A stretch of 64,000 bases of DNA from Candidatus Micrarchaeota archaeon (GCA_014730115.1 WJIU01000024.1:41316-105315); one strand, 5' to 3'. Counted from the first letter of the stretch, positions 26,449 through 36,135 are shown. A program made the numbers and translations. The notes: generated by a model from the sequence alone, not told the origin.

Positions 26449-26724
26449 TTATCTTTTCTTTTTACTTGATTTCTTTTTGGTAGAAGACTTCCCCCGGGTA
26501 GATTTCCGGGCAGACTTGGACTTTGTGGAAGTCTTCTTTTTTGCGGCTTTCTTTTTTGCGGTTTTTTTAGACGCAGTTTTTTTCTTAGCCGTCTTCTTTT
26601 TTGCGGTTTTTTTAGACGCAGTTTTTTTCTTAGCCGTCTTCTTTTTTGTTGTCTTCTTTTTTGAGGTCTTCTTTTTTGCGGTTTTCTTTTTTCCTGTTTT
26701 TTTAACCGGCATTTTTTTACACAC
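26449..26724 (-). CDS. Small poly-lysine repeat protein (KKKTAKKKT units), putative nucleic-acid binding
   Basis: 91 aa consisting almost entirely of K/T/A/S repeats. A purine-rich GAGGTG lies 8 nt upstream of the ATG. The gene contains a perfect 45-bp tandem duplication. Confidence 0.45.
   Translation of the reverse strand: MCKKMPVKKTGKKKTAKKKTSKKKTTKKKTAKKKTASKKTAKKKTAKKKTASKKTAKKKAAKKKTSTKSKSARKSTRGKSSTKKKSSKKKR
26549..26645. repeat. Perfect 45-bp tandem direct repeat (2 copies) inside the poly-Lys gene
   Basis: The unit gcggtttttttagacgcagtttttttcttagccgtcttcttttttgc occurs at 26558 and again at 26603. It encodes a duplicated KTAKKKTASKKTAKK block. Confidence 0.7.
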
Positions 26725-26859
26725 CTCGGTGTTTTATATCTGGGAATAATAAAAGAATACTTATAAATGTATGCATCATTTTTCAAAAAAATCAGCAAAA
26801 AAGATGATAATGAAAACAAAAACAAATTTTTTTGCTGAAAAATATTTCAAAAAAATTGA

Positions 26860-26963
26860 TGCGGTTGCCGGGATTTGAACCCGGGTCGCGAGCTTGGGAA
26901 GCTCGAATCCTGCCATTGCCCTGAACCCCTTTTACAGAAAGGCCCGTCTAGACTACAACCGCT
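26860..26963 (-). tRNA. tRNA-Gly (anticodon CCC) with a putative ~30-nt intron in the D-loop
   Basis: Minus-strand parts are: acceptor GCGGTTG/CAACCGC (7 bp perfect), TAGTCTAG, anticodon arm CGAGC-TTCCCAA-GCTCG, variable CGAC, T-arm CCGGG-TTCAAAT-CCCGG and discriminator A. Removing ACGGGCC...CAGGGC gives D-loop AGAATGGCA and D-stem GTCT/GGAT. Confidence 0.55.
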
Positions 26964-27015
26964 GGTAAAACAACACCTCCAAGAGTTTAAAAATTTTCAG
27001 TTTTCTTATCTTGAC

Positions 27016-28119
27016 ATGGACGGCCCGATTGATGTCAGTGCTCTTAATGGCCTGAAGGATTTGCCTGGCGGGGAATTTACCGCACTTATCGTTTCCATTG
27101 CCGGCCTCTCAATTATCTTCGGCATTTTACTCAAGGTACTCCTGAAAACAAGCAAATACCTTGTCGGCAAAACAGCAACAACACTGGATGACCGCATTAT
27201 CCATGCCTGCGAATCATACCTTCCGGTAATTGCATTTATTACTGCTGTCTGGATTTCCCTGCAGATGGCCTACCCTGATTTCATGCTGCTGGGAAGCTAT
27301 AGTGTCCTGGACATCTACATCATTGCCCTGCTTCTGGTTGCAGGTCTTTTCTCCAGCTCAATTGCAAATGCGTTCCTGCTATGGTACGGGCTGGAGCTCC
27401 AGCCGGTAAAGAAAGGCCTGAGAGAAGAGGACATATACCCGTTTGTAAGGAATGTTGTAAAACTGAGCATAGTATTGTTGTTTCTGGTCTTTGTACTGCA
27501 GAGGCTGGGCTTTGATACCACTGCAATCATAACCGGCCTTGGTGTGGGCGGCCTCGCCGTTGCGCTTGCACTTCAGGACACCCTTGCCAATTTCTTCGCA
27601 GGTGTTCACATACTTGTGGACAGGCCTTTCCAGCCGGGGCATTACATAAAGCTCGACAGCGGTCTGGAGGGAAACGTCCGAAAAATCGGATGGAGGACCA
27701 CCAGGATTATGACCCTGGGCCAGGACGAGGTGGTGGTGCCCAACTCAAAGATTGCAAATGCCACAATACAAAACTGCTCATCCCCGAACAAGAAAACCGG
27801 CGTTCTCTACGAACTCCACATAGATTACAAGGAGGACCTGGAGAAGGTTGAAAAAACCCTTCTGGGTATTTTGAAAAAGGTTTCAAAAGAGAATTCCAGC
27901 CTTGACAGCAAAAGCATCTGGGCACGACCGGACAGTTTTGGGGAATACAGCGTGAAGTTCAAGTTCGGCTACCTGGTGAAGGGATACAAAAATCAGTTTG
28001 GCCTGCTGACTGCGGTAAACAAGGAAATCAAGGAAACCTTCAAAAAGAAGGGAATTACCATACCATTCCCGGTAGCAGTGCGGTACGAAACCCAGAAAAA
28101 GGCCCACAAAAAAGAATGA
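27016..28119 (+). CDS. Mechanosensitive channel, MscS family
   Basis: TM helices are followed by the conserved MscS beta-domain (GVGGLAVALALQDTLANFFAGVHILVDRPFQPGHYI...GNVRKIGWRTTRI). The start was moved to MDGPID so that it no longer overlaps the tRNA. Confidence 0.8.
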   Translation: MDGPIDVSALNGLKDLPGGEFTALIVSIAGLSIIFGILLKVLLKTSKYLVGKTATTLDDRIIHACESYLPVIAFITAVWISLQMAYPDFMLLGSYSVLDIYIIALLLVAGLFSSSIANAFLLWYGLELQPVKKGLREEDIYPFVRNVVKLSIVLLFLVFVLQRLGFDTTAIITGLGVGGLAVALALQDTLANFFAGVHILVDRPFQPGHYIKLDSGLEGNVRKIGWRTTRIMTLGQDEVVVPNSKIANATIQNCSSPNKKTGVLYELHIDYKEDLEKVEKTLLGILKKVSKENSSLDSKSIWARPDSFGEYSVKFKFGYLVKGYKNQFGLLTAVNKEIKETFKKKGITIPFPVAVRYETQKKAHKKE

Positions 28120-28124
28120 AATGG

Positions 28125-28577
28125 TTACTCTTCCTGTCCTGCCTTCTGGAAGAGTTTTACCATCTTGCTTTTAACGGTTACCGGGATTGGAACTGCAACT
28201 TCTACCAGCTCTACCGTGGTTTCATCCTTTGCCTCGTCAATCTTCAGCACCTTGGCCCTTTCTCCTTTGAACGGACCTGAGGACATTTCAATAGTATCGC
28301 CAACTTCGATAACCATGGCCGGCTGCTTTTCTGCCTGCAGCAGTTTCTCTATCTCTTCAATGGTGACCGCCTTCTTAAGGAATCCCTTGACATGCTTGAC
28401 TTTCTGGATAAGTTTCACCAGGGTGTTTTCGTCCGGGGTTTCCACGAACAGGTATCCCTTGACGTTTTCAGCATGCACTACAGAATAGATTTCAAGCTTC
28501 TCTGCCTTTGCCTTTTTCATAAGAATCTCAGCAATAATCTTTTCCTGTCCGGAAGTGACACGGATTGTATGTATCAT
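28125..28577 (-). CDS. spt5: Transcription elongation factor Spt5 (NusG homologue), NGN + KOW
   Basis: The start MIHTIRVTSGQEKIIA is a typical archaeal Spt5 N-terminus. The KOW motif is VGDTIEMSSGPFKGERAKV. Confidence 0.85.
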   Translation of the reverse strand: MIHTIRVTSGQEKIIAEILMKKAKAEKLEIYSVVHAENVKGYLFVETPDENTLVKLIQKVKHVKGFLKKAVTIEEIEKLLQAEKQPAMVIEVGDTIEMSSGPFKGERAKVLKIDEAKDETTVELVEVAVPIPVTVKSKMVKLFQKAGQEE

Positions 28578-28582
28578 CTGTT

Positions 28583-28746
28583 CACCCGATAAAACCAAAT
28601 ATCATGGTAATAACAAAGCCAAGTAAGCCGAACAAAAACATTCCCAGCGCAGTCACCTTTGCGACCTTGGAGTATTCCGGTCCGGTCGGCTTTCTTGCAA
28701 TGTAAAGAATCCTGATGCATCTTTTTATCAGTTCCTGAATTTCCAA
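28583..28746 (-). CDS. secE: Preprotein translocase SecE/Sec61-gamma
   Basis: The frame translates to ...LIKRCIRILYIARKPTGPEYSKVAKVTALGMFLFGLLGFVITMIFGFIG, which is an amphipathic helix plus one TM, as in archaeal SecE. There is no in-frame ATG, so a TTG start is proposed. The gene lies between ftsZ and spt5 as in many Euryarchaeota. Confidence 0.55.
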
Positions 28747-28754
28747 AAAATCAC

Positions 28755-29978
28755 CTATCCAATAATGTCCAGGTCAAGGGGCTCCTCCACTCCCTTGCTG
28801 TTGCGGTAGGTGATTTCCTGCTTTGGAAACTTGACCCCCGCAAGAACCACCAAAACCCTCATTGAAGACTTCTTTATTTCAGGGTCGACCCTTGCACCCC
28901 ATATAATATGGGCATCGGAATTTATGCGGGCAGATGTCTCGGCAACCACATATTCCGCTTCCTTCAGGCTCATGTCCTCCCCGCCAATCACATTGATGAG
29001 GGCCCTCTTCGACTCGCTGATATCAGCATCAAGCAGAGGAGAATTTAGCGAGGTTTCCACTGCCACTCTTACCCTGTCTTCCTTTTTGGCATCCAGGGAA
29101 GCTTCTCCCAGGCCGATGACCGCGTAGCCTGCATCAGTAAGGGTAGTCCTCAGGTCCGCAAAGTCCACGTTCACAAGGCCTGACTTGGTCACCAGCTCTG
29201 CTATTCCCTTTACTGAGCCTGCCAGCACTTCATCGCATACCTTGAAGGCAGTATTCAGAGGCAGGTCAGGAACAAGGTTCAGAAGCTTGTCGTTCTTTAT
29301 GACGATGATAGTGTCGCTGTGCTTTTTGAGTTTCTCCAGTCCGGTGATGGCATTTTCCATCCTTACCCTTCCTTCGGAAGTGAAGGGGAGTGTTACCACT
29401 GCCACTGTAAGTGCGCCCAGGCTTTTTGCCGCCTCGGCAATAATCGGGGCACTGCCTGTTCCGGTTCCCCCTCCCAGCCCGCAGGTAATGAACACCAGGG
29501 AGGGCTCCTTCAGTGCCTCCTTGATTTCCTCTGCCGACTCCTTGGCAGATTCCTCTCCTATGACCGGGTTGCTTCCAGCTCCTCTTCCCTTGCTTGTCTT
29601 TTTACCGAGAAGCACCTTCTTGTTGGCATGCACGTGGAGCAGGTGCCGGGCATCAGTGTTCATTCCGACAAGGGAAACGCCGTCCGCCCCCAGCTCAAAA
29701 AGCCGGTCCAGAGTGTTGCTTCCACTCCCGCCTGCTCCGACTATATAGATATTGGGCCTGCTTTCCTCTATAAACTTCAGTATCTCCTCGTCATCCCTGG
29801 ACTTGGGTGCTATGTCCTGCAGAATCTTCTTCTCGTTGTTGGTTGCCACATTAGGAACTGGCTCTTCAGGAACCTGTACCGTCTCTTCCCTTGGCTCCGG
29901 AGCAGGAGCCGGCGTTTCGTCATCCACATTACCACCTTTATTAAAATTATAAGAATTGGACAAATAAAAATGAATCAA
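28755..29978 (-). CDS. ftsZ: Cell division GTPase FtsZ
   Basis: GGGTGTGSAPIIAE tubulin signature, NTDARHL, and N-terminal IYIVGAGGSGSNTL. The acidic N-terminal extension may mean the true start is an internal Met. Confidence 0.9.
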   Translation of the reverse strand: MIHFYLSNSYNFNKGGNVDDETPAPAPEPREETVQVPEEPVPNVATNNEKKILQDIAPKSRDDEEILKFIEESRPNIYIVGAGGSGSNTLDRLFELGADGVSLVGMNTDARHLLHVHANKKVLLGKKTSKGRGAGSNPVIGEESAKESAEEIKEALKEPSLVFITCGLGGGTGTGSAPIIAEAAKSLGALTVAVVTLPFTSEGRVRMENAITGLEKLKKHSDTIIVIKNDKLLNLVPDLPLNTAFKVCDEVLAGSVKGIAELVTKSGLVNVDFADLRTTLTDAGYAVIGLGEASLDAKKEDRVRVAVETSLNSPLLDADISESKRALINVIGGEDMSLKEAEYVVAETSARINSDAHIIWGARVDPEIKKSSMRVLVVLAGVKFPKQEITYRNSKGVEEPLDLDIIG

Positions 29979-30005
29979 AAGGTATAAATAAGTAAGGGGA
30001 AGTTC

Positions 30006-30596
30006 TTACCGGTAGGCCCAGGGGTCGCTGAACTCATCAGCCTGGCTTTTTTTCAGATACCATGCAAAAATAAGGCCGAATACAAGGCCTCCAAGGTGGG
30101 CCGCACTGGCTATTCCTGAGCTGATATTGAACGTGCCCAGGAATTCAACCACCAGCCAGAGAATCGCAGCCTGCCTCATTGTCATGGGGATGAACCATAC
30201 GAAAATCCTGAGATTGGGAAGAAGAACCGCTACGGCGCCCAGAAGGCCGTATATTGCGCCGCTCGCGCCCAGGGCAGGGATTGAGGGTATTATGCCCAGT
30301 ACATAGGTCAGGTAATATGCAACACCCCCCACAAGGCCGGCGCCGAAGTAAATCAGAAGATATTCCTGCCTGCTCACCTTTCTTTCCAGTATGCTGCCGA
30401 AAAGGAAAAGGGCATAGGCATTGAAAAACAGGTGCATCAGCCCGCCGTGAAGGAACATGCTGGTGACAAACCTCCACGGCTCCTGGAATGCAAGGGAAGG
30501 GACAAAGATAAGGGCCTCAGTGATGCCGTCTGACACCATCTGGAAGATAAAGATGGCTCCTATTATCATAAGAAGTGTGGTGGAAAGATTGGCCAT
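30006..30596 (-). CDS. Rhomboid-family intramembrane serine protease
   Basis: 6 TM helices with the GxSG motif (GASGAIYGLLG) and catalytic His (AAHLGG). Confidence 0.8.
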   Translation of the reverse strand: MANLSTTLLMIIGAIFIFQMVSDGITEALIFVPSLAFQEPWRFVTSMFLHGGLMHLFFNAYALFLFGSILERKVSRQEYLLIYFGAGLVGGVAYYLTYVLGIIPSIPALGASGAIYGLLGAVAVLLPNLRIFVWFIPMTMRQAAILWLVVEFLGTFNISSGIASAAHLGGLVFGLIFAWYLKKSQADEFSDPWAYR

Positions 30597-30619
30597 GGGA
30601 ACTTACTAATATGGAAAAC

Positions 30620-31432
30620 TCATTTAAACCTGAAGGCAATAAGGGCGAGGTCGTCGTTTTTGGGGATAAGGACTTCGCCTTTCCGTTCCTTTCTCCCTTC
30701 CCGTATCCGTTTCTTTATATTCTCCGAGATTTTCTCCAAGATGGAGCGGGGCTTTCTCAGCCTGCCAACAATGTTCTTAAGGTCATCAGTACCAGTAGCG
30801 TCAACCACGTATCCCTCCTGGACCTTTACAAAAAGATTGTCATTGAGGCAGTCGCTGGCAAGCATTATCATCTCCCCTTTCTTCAGCCTGCCTGCCCTGG
30901 TATGGACGTGCATTTCCGAGCCAGAGGGTCCCAGTACCGATGTTACAATATTTCTGAAGTAAAAGAACTTCAGGACAGAGTTGGATTTTTTAACCACCCT
31001 TCCCAGGGGCAGCTCCAGAACGATGTCCTTTTCCCTGGTGATGCCGTAAACCGGCGAATCGCCCACGCTGGCAACGATTGTGGAGCCGTCCTTTGCAACA
31101 AAGCAGAGGGCGGCGGTGGTGCATCCTTTTGTGACTGCCCGGCCGGCGGTTCTCAATGCCTTTGAAACCGCCTTTGCGTCGGCCTTTTTGTATTTTTTCA
31201 GAACATCCAGGGCTGCTATTGCGGCATCAGAGGATGCAGTCTCCGCGCCTTCCTCCCCGCTTACTCCGTCGAAAACACCAAATATGCCCTTTTCATCGTC
31301 CAGAAAGATAAATGCAGAATCGCCGCAAGTCTCATGGCCCCTCCTCACCAGCGAAAAGCATTCCCCCAAGCTGCTTTTGCAGCCGAAAGTAACTTCCTTT
31401 TTGATGTCTTTCCCCAGCATCAGCTTTTCCAT
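30620..31432 (-). CDS. PP2C-family Ser/Thr protein phosphatase
   Basis: GVFDGVSG resembles the PP2C motif GVFDGHGG. MLASDCLNDNL matches the DG(L/M)WD metal-binding region. 270 aa. Confidence 0.65.
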   Translation of the reverse strand: MEKLMLGKDIKKEVTFGCKSSLGECFSLVRRGHETCGDSAFIFLDDEKGIFGVFDGVSGEEGAETASSDAAIAALDVLKKYKKADAKAVSKALRTAGRAVTKGCTTAALCFVAKDGSTIVASVGDSPVYGITREKDIVLELPLGRVVKKSNSVLKFFYFRNIVTSVLGPSGSEMHVHTRAGRLKKGEMIMLASDCLNDNLFVKVQEGYVVDATGTDDLKNIVGRLRKPRSILEKISENIKKRIREGRKERKGEVLIPKNDDLALIAFRFK

Positions 31433-32448
31433 TCAAGGGCCTCCAGGATTTCACTATAAGGAGCCGGCGTTTTTATTGATGTGCTTGAAAAGTGGGTCCG
31501 CACTGTCCGGTATCCTTTGCTGTCAAGCCTTTCCACGATTGTACCAAGCTTGGGAATCCGGCCTTTGCCCAGGAACCTGGAAAGCTGGTGGACATTGTAG
31601 TAATAGGGGGGGAAGCCGGTTTCATTTTCAAGAAGGGAAAGGAAGCCGGAGATTTCGCTTTTGTCTGAGTATTGCCTTTCCTGGTTGAGCCTTCCCATGG
31701 ATTCAATGAACTGCTTCTGGTGCAGTTCGCCCAGCCAGAGGGGGCCGGCGTAGTCATTCTCGTGCCCGCAATTCCTGCAGGCCGGCTCCGGGAATCTGCC
31801 ATGGCCCCGGAACCCGCACTTGCTGCAGTAATGGAGATGGCCGAGGCTTTTCATGCTCTGAAAGGCAAGGTCTGCGCCCCGGGTTGCTTTCATTATTGTC
31901 TTGAGATAGTGCCGGTCGGAAAATGAAACCAGGGGCTCTATGCCCATGTTGAACTCTGCTGCCACCTCTGCAATGCGTTTGATTAGAATCCTTAGGCCGG
32001 TCTCATGGGTGAATCCGTTGTTCAGCGGCTTGGAATGATAGTTCTTGAGGCATGGTGCGGTCTTTGCGCCGCACAGCACTGCAACATCGGTTGCAGTCAC
32101 GGAAAGATATGCTGTCTTTTTGGGATTGAAAAACCTGAAGCCGTCAACAAGATAGGGGCTGGGGGTGCCGAACGGGTCTATTTCAAGAAAATCAGTGGCG
32201 CATTCAAAAGCAAGACGTGATATGTTGCCCTGTTTGAACTCAGCCCCCAGTCCGTTTGACCGGGAATTCTTTTCTGCCGCCTTGATTGCGGATGCCTCCA
32301 GGTCAAGAAATGTAATGGAGTCAACATTGCTGTTCTCTTTGGCATACCGGATGCCCCGGATGCCTGATGCACAGAATGCATCCACCACGTCAACTTCTTT
32401 TTGCACTGCTCCCACTGCAAGGGAAGAAATGCTCCTGCAGAACCGCAT
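31420..32448 (-). CDS. trm1: tRNA (guanine26-N2)-dimethyltransferase Trm1
   Basis: DAFCASGIRGIRYA, IDPFGTPSPYL, and C-terminal Cys clusters (CSKCGF...CRNCGHE). The N-terminus may be slightly longer than the ORF-track start. Confidence 0.75.
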   Translation of the reverse strand: MRFCRSISSLAVGAVQKEVDVVDAFCASGIRGIRYAKENSNVDSITFLDLEASAIKAAEKNSRSNGLGAEFKQGNISRLAFECATDFLEIDPFGTPSPYLVDGFRFFNPKKTAYLSVTATDVAVLCGAKTAPCLKNYHSKPLNNGFTHETGLRILIKRIAEVAAEFNMGIEPLVSFSDRHYLKTIMKATRGADLAFQSMKSLGHLHYCSKCGFRGHGRFPEPACRNCGHENDYAGPLWLGELHQKQFIESMGRLNQERQYSDKSEISGFLSLLENETGFPPYYYNVHQLSRFLGKGRIPKLGTIVERLDSKGYRTVRTHFSSTSIKTPAPYSEILEALEWKS

Positions 32449-32509
32449 GCTGGGATTGTAGAATACCTCTTCCGGGGCAGTGAAGCTTATTCCCTCTTCT
32501 TCCAGTGAA

Positions 32510-33694
32510 TCACCTTTTGCTGTCAGTAAATTCCCGCATCAGGACAGTTGCATACGAGCCTGCGGGAAGGCTGAACCTGAATATGTCATTGCTGAAATTA
32601 AAATCCTTTACCGGCGCAAGAAGGGTGCGGTAGGTCCCCGGAGAGGATATTTCCGGCAGCTCTTCCATCATGAAGTCCTCCTTGGCCAATCCCATTTTTT
32701 CAAGCTCCTTTTCCTCTCTTTCATTCAAAGGGCTTTTGAATCCGATGAGCTTTCCGGCCACCCAGCCCGATTCCTGGAATTTCCTTATGTCCGGAAATCC
32801 ACTGGTCTCCCCGCAGTAGTATTCGCCCTTTTCAGGCTCCAAAAGGCCTTTCTGAATCCTTTCCGAGAGCATCCGGTTGAAGATGTGGGACTGCAGGGCA
32901 TGGACGAACAACAGAAGAATGTGCCTTGGAAGCTTTTTCAGGGCACCTTTGTAATCGCCCGGGTTCTCAGCAAGGTGGGCTATTACTTTTCTTTCCAGCC
33001 TGAGATGCCTGGGGAATTCAGACAGGGCAGCACGGTAGTCTTCAGATGATTCAAGGTTTTTTCTTGCCCTGGCAGCAAGGGGGTTCCGCTCCTCGCCGGT
33101 TTCACAGAGGAAAAGGTTTACTGAATCCCTGAATTCATTCTTTAGCAAGTGGAGCCCTATCCTGTGGGTGTTCCTTCTTGTAGAGCCGAACCTCTGCTCA
33201 CCGAAATAGTTGGGAAACCTGCCGTCCAGCTCCGAAACTATCTTTTTTACTGACTCTCCAGGATTTTCTCCGGCTCCTCTCACCCTGATTGTGAAACGGT
33301 TTCCCAGAAGCTGTCCGAGCCTTACTTTGTCTGCTGCAGGCCACGCGCCATTGGTTGAGATGTCCTTTATTTTCAGTGAAAGTACTTTTTCGGGGGGCAC
33401 ATCAAAGACAGACACCATCTGGGTTGTCACCGCGTTCTTGTCCTTGGTTCCTGCAAAGCTCAGCCTTTTATGGCCAATCCTAAGCCTTTTGGATATCTCC
33501 AGAACTGCGGCTGAGGTGGACCAGTTTTTTTTCTGGACAACAAAATGAGTGAACCTGCCGTTTCCCTCTCTCTGGACTTTGCTGTCCAGCTCCAGCACCG
33601 TGCCGTCCGGGGTTATTTCCTCCACCAGAAAGTCTTCAGGCCTGGACTTGATTGTTCCTCCGATTCCCTGTGTGGAAGAAAGATAAAAAAGCAT
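32510..33694 (-). CDS. truD: tRNA pseudouridine13 synthase TruD
   Basis: An N-terminal RPEDFLVEE is followed by the TruD catalytic region FAGTKDKNAVTTQ. 394 aa. Confidence 0.75.
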   Translation of the reverse strand: MLFYLSSTQGIGGTIKSRPEDFLVEEITPDGTVLELDSKVQREGNGRFTHFVVQKKNWSTSAAVLEISKRLRIGHKRLSFAGTKDKNAVTTQMVSVFDVPPEKVLSLKIKDISTNGAWPAADKVRLGQLLGNRFTIRVRGAGENPGESVKKIVSELDGRFPNYFGEQRFGSTRRNTHRIGLHLLKNEFRDSVNLFLCETGEERNPLAARARKNLESSEDYRAALSEFPRHLRLERKVIAHLAENPGDYKGALKKLPRHILLLFVHALQSHIFNRMLSERIQKGLLEPEKGEYYCGETSGFPDIRKFQESGWVAGKLIGFKSPLNEREEKELEKMGLAKEDFMMEELPEISSPGTYRTLLAPVKDFNFSNDIFRFSLPAGSYATVLMREFTDSKR

Positions 33695-34470
33695 CAGAAT
33701 GCAATATCCGGCAAATTGTTTATATGTTGGCCAGCCTGTCCCGCAGCCTGACCTGGGAGATGTTCAGGGGCTTGTTCTGCTTGACGCTTGTTGCAATGCA
33801 TCTTGCGGCGAACGTGTCGGCCGATACGTCCGGTGTGTTGTAATAGACCACGTCAGCAACAACAGTAAACGGCACGCCGGCAGCAAGCGCCTCGGAAGAA
33901 AGCCCGGAAAGCCTTGGGATGGAATTTTCGTCAGCCTTCTTTGCAGCTGAAAAGACAATGCAGTCTGCCATTTTGCAGACCTTCTGAGGGTAAGGCAGTG
34001 TTCTGTTTCATTATCCCGTTGACAAGCGACCTGGCGTGGCTCTCCTTGTCAAAGCCCCTTGGATTCTTTACTGCTTCGGCTTTTTCCGCCCTGTTTAAGT
34101 CTTTTGGCCATGCTAACACAAAAAGCTATTAATACAAACAATTGTGGGGGCAAAATATTCATATGAAAAAACTTCGGGCAGCCCCAGCAAATGCCATGCT
34201 TCCCAGGAAAAAAACCGAACCCAGAATCGAAGGCATCCGGAAAAGAAGGCCCTATGGATTCTTCTCAAAGATGAGCGATGATGGACTGGTTGAATTTGCT
34301 CAGGAATATGTTGGGGAGAATGGGATTGAGAGCAGGAAGGGATTGCAGAAGACAGGTGGGGCGCTATAATGCTTTACTGAGAAGGAAGCTGGTGGCAGGG
34401 TTTTCAGAAGGATTGATTTCCTTCTTGAACTGGAAGCGGTTGAAGAAATGGTGGAAGCACTGGAAAACTT

Positions 34471-35238
34471 CTAGGGCATGCAGCTGTATGAATGGTCGAT
34501 AAAATTGATGAGAATCTTTTCATCATGTCTCCTCTGGTCCTCCGTGCTGGTCCTTATCTTGGAAACATCCACCATCTTGGAGAGCCAGGCTCTGCGCTCA
34601 CTGACCAGCTCGGATATGTTGTGGGGCAGGTAATCGGGATGGAACTGGACTCCCCAGGTTGATTCCCCGATGCGGTATGCCTGCACCATGCCGGGGAAGT
34701 CCCCGTATGCAAGCACCCTGGTTCCCCTGGGGGGATGGGGAAGATAGCAGAAATGGGAAAAAAGCCCTTCGAAATCATTGGGCAGCTCCCGGAAAAGAGG
34801 GTCAAACTTGCCGTATTCGGTCTTGTAAACAGGCGCAAATCCTATCTCGGCAAGATGAGGCTCCGGAATCCTGCGGACGTAGGAGCCGTGGGCGGCCGCA
34901 ATTGCCTGGTGCCCGAAGCAGATGCCCAGCATTGGCATGCTGCGGGGAATGTCCTTTATGAAGTCCAGCAGCACCGGCATCCAGGAATGGATGCTCAGGC
35001 CTTCTGAATCAATGTTAAGCTTTGAGCCCGGAATAATGATTGCGTCGTACTTGTCCGGGTCAGGATAGTCATGGTGGATTTCAGCAGGCCAGTAAAGCTC
35101 CGGCTTTATTGAAATGCCCCTCCACCGTGCAAAGGCCTGGACCCTTCTGCTCACCAGCTCCCGGACTGTCCATCTGGCGCCTCCGTAGGACATCCTTTCC
35201 TGGTCGCGGGGGCTGCAGTCCACTATGGCAATTTTCAT
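34471..35238 (-). CDS. Class-I glutamine amidotransferase-like protein
   Basis: The Cys-His-Glu catalytic triad context includes the nucleophile elbow GICFGHQ. The start was set at MKIAIVDCSP inside the longer ORF 34471..35274. Coordinates are given high-to-low by mistake of convention: the interval is 34471-35238. Confidence 0.6.
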   Translation of the reverse strand: MKIAIVDCSPRDQERMSYGGARWTVRELVSRRVQAFARWRGISIKPELYWPAEIHHDYPDPDKYDAIIIPGSKLNIDSEGLSIHSWMPVLLDFIKDIPRSMPMLGICFGHQAIAAAHGSYVRRIPEPHLAEIGFAPVYKTEYGKFDPLFRELPNDFEGLFSHFCYLPHPPRGTRVLAYGDFPGMVQAYRIGESTWGVQFHPDYLPHNISELVSERRAWLSKMVDVSKIRTSTEDQRRHDEKILINFIDHSYSCMP

Positions 35239-35388
35239 GGGTTCAGCTGCACATATAAAACCCAACCGGGTCACCTTTTGAATCTTTTTGCATGGGAATT
35301 GTAAAAACGCAAAAAAAGCTTTAATATCTTTTGTAGCATTTCCCCGATTTTTTTGAAAAACAGGGTTAGGAAAACCTAAAAAAAGAGA

Positions 35389-36135
35389 TTACATGTTAAA
35401 CCTTAATCCGCCCTGGACATTGAAGACCCCAATCTCCAGGCTGCGGTCATCATGAATAAGCGTCATTTCAAATGCCCTAACGAAAAGGTCCATGGAGCCC
35501 ACATGCACGGTAACGCTTGCATCAGCTCCCAGGAACGGGGCAGGCCTCTCAAGCATCGGCAGGTTCGCAACCGGTACAATCCCCAGCATCAGCGATACCG
35601 GGCCAACATCCGAAGTAACGCTTACCGGTATGGGAACAAGCGGGCCGTCAGTAATCTGTGGGGCGGCGTGCAGCCCAAACCCGTGAGGCAGTTCAAGATG
35701 AAGGGAAACTCCCCCGCCATACTGGACTGCATAGTACTGTGAGCGGTAACCGAATGCGGTTGCACTGAAGGGCCCTGAGATAGGGACCGTCAGGTCAAGC
35801 TCAATCTCGTCCAGCTCTGCGCCGTTGGAATTCTCAACCCTGGTAAGGGCGCTGGCCTTTGCATCAATTGTGAGTGTTTCAGCCGGCTGGTAGTTCATGG
35901 CTATCTCTGCTCCCAGTACCGGAGTGGAAGCAATATCATACCCCCCTGCAGTAACTGCTGCAGAAATGGAAGGCCCTGCAGGCTGTGTCTCCGCGGGGGC
36001 AGGGGCCTGCTCGGCTGCCACCCTTGGTGTGCCCAGCAAAAGGCCTGCGGCAAGCACCGGGGATGCAGCCCATTTCTTCACTGCCCTGCCGGCCCTCTTC
36101 AATCTCCCCTGTTCAGCTTTTTTTCCAAATCTCAT
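35389..36135 (-). CDS. secreted beta-rich protein, hypothetical
   Basis: An N-terminal basic region and signal peptide are followed by a Gly/Ala/Val/Pro-rich region with alternating hydrophobic patterning. Confidence 0.45.
   Translation of the reverse strand: MRFGKKAEQGRLKRAGRAVKKWAASPVLAAGLLLGTPRVAAEQAPAPAETQPAGPSISAAVTAGGYDIASTPVLGAEIAMNYQPAETLTIDAKASALTRVENSNGAELDEIELDLTVPISGPFSATAFGYRSQYYAVQYGGGVSLHLELPHGFGLHAAPQITDGPLVPIPVSVTSDVGPVSLMLGIVPVANLPMLERPAPFLGADASVTVHVGSMDLFVRAFEMTLIHDDRSLEIGVFNVQGGLRFNM

Noticed and set aside
26549-26645. Tandem 45-bp repeat that could suggest a CRISPR or minisatellite
   Set aside because: Only two copies, no spacers, and it lies in frame inside a coding repeat protein. 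It is not a CRISPR array. No CRISPR array was seen anywhere in the window.
26477-26749. 90-aa Phe-rich + strand ORF
   Set aside because: Antisense artefact of the poly-lysine repeat gene 26449-26724.
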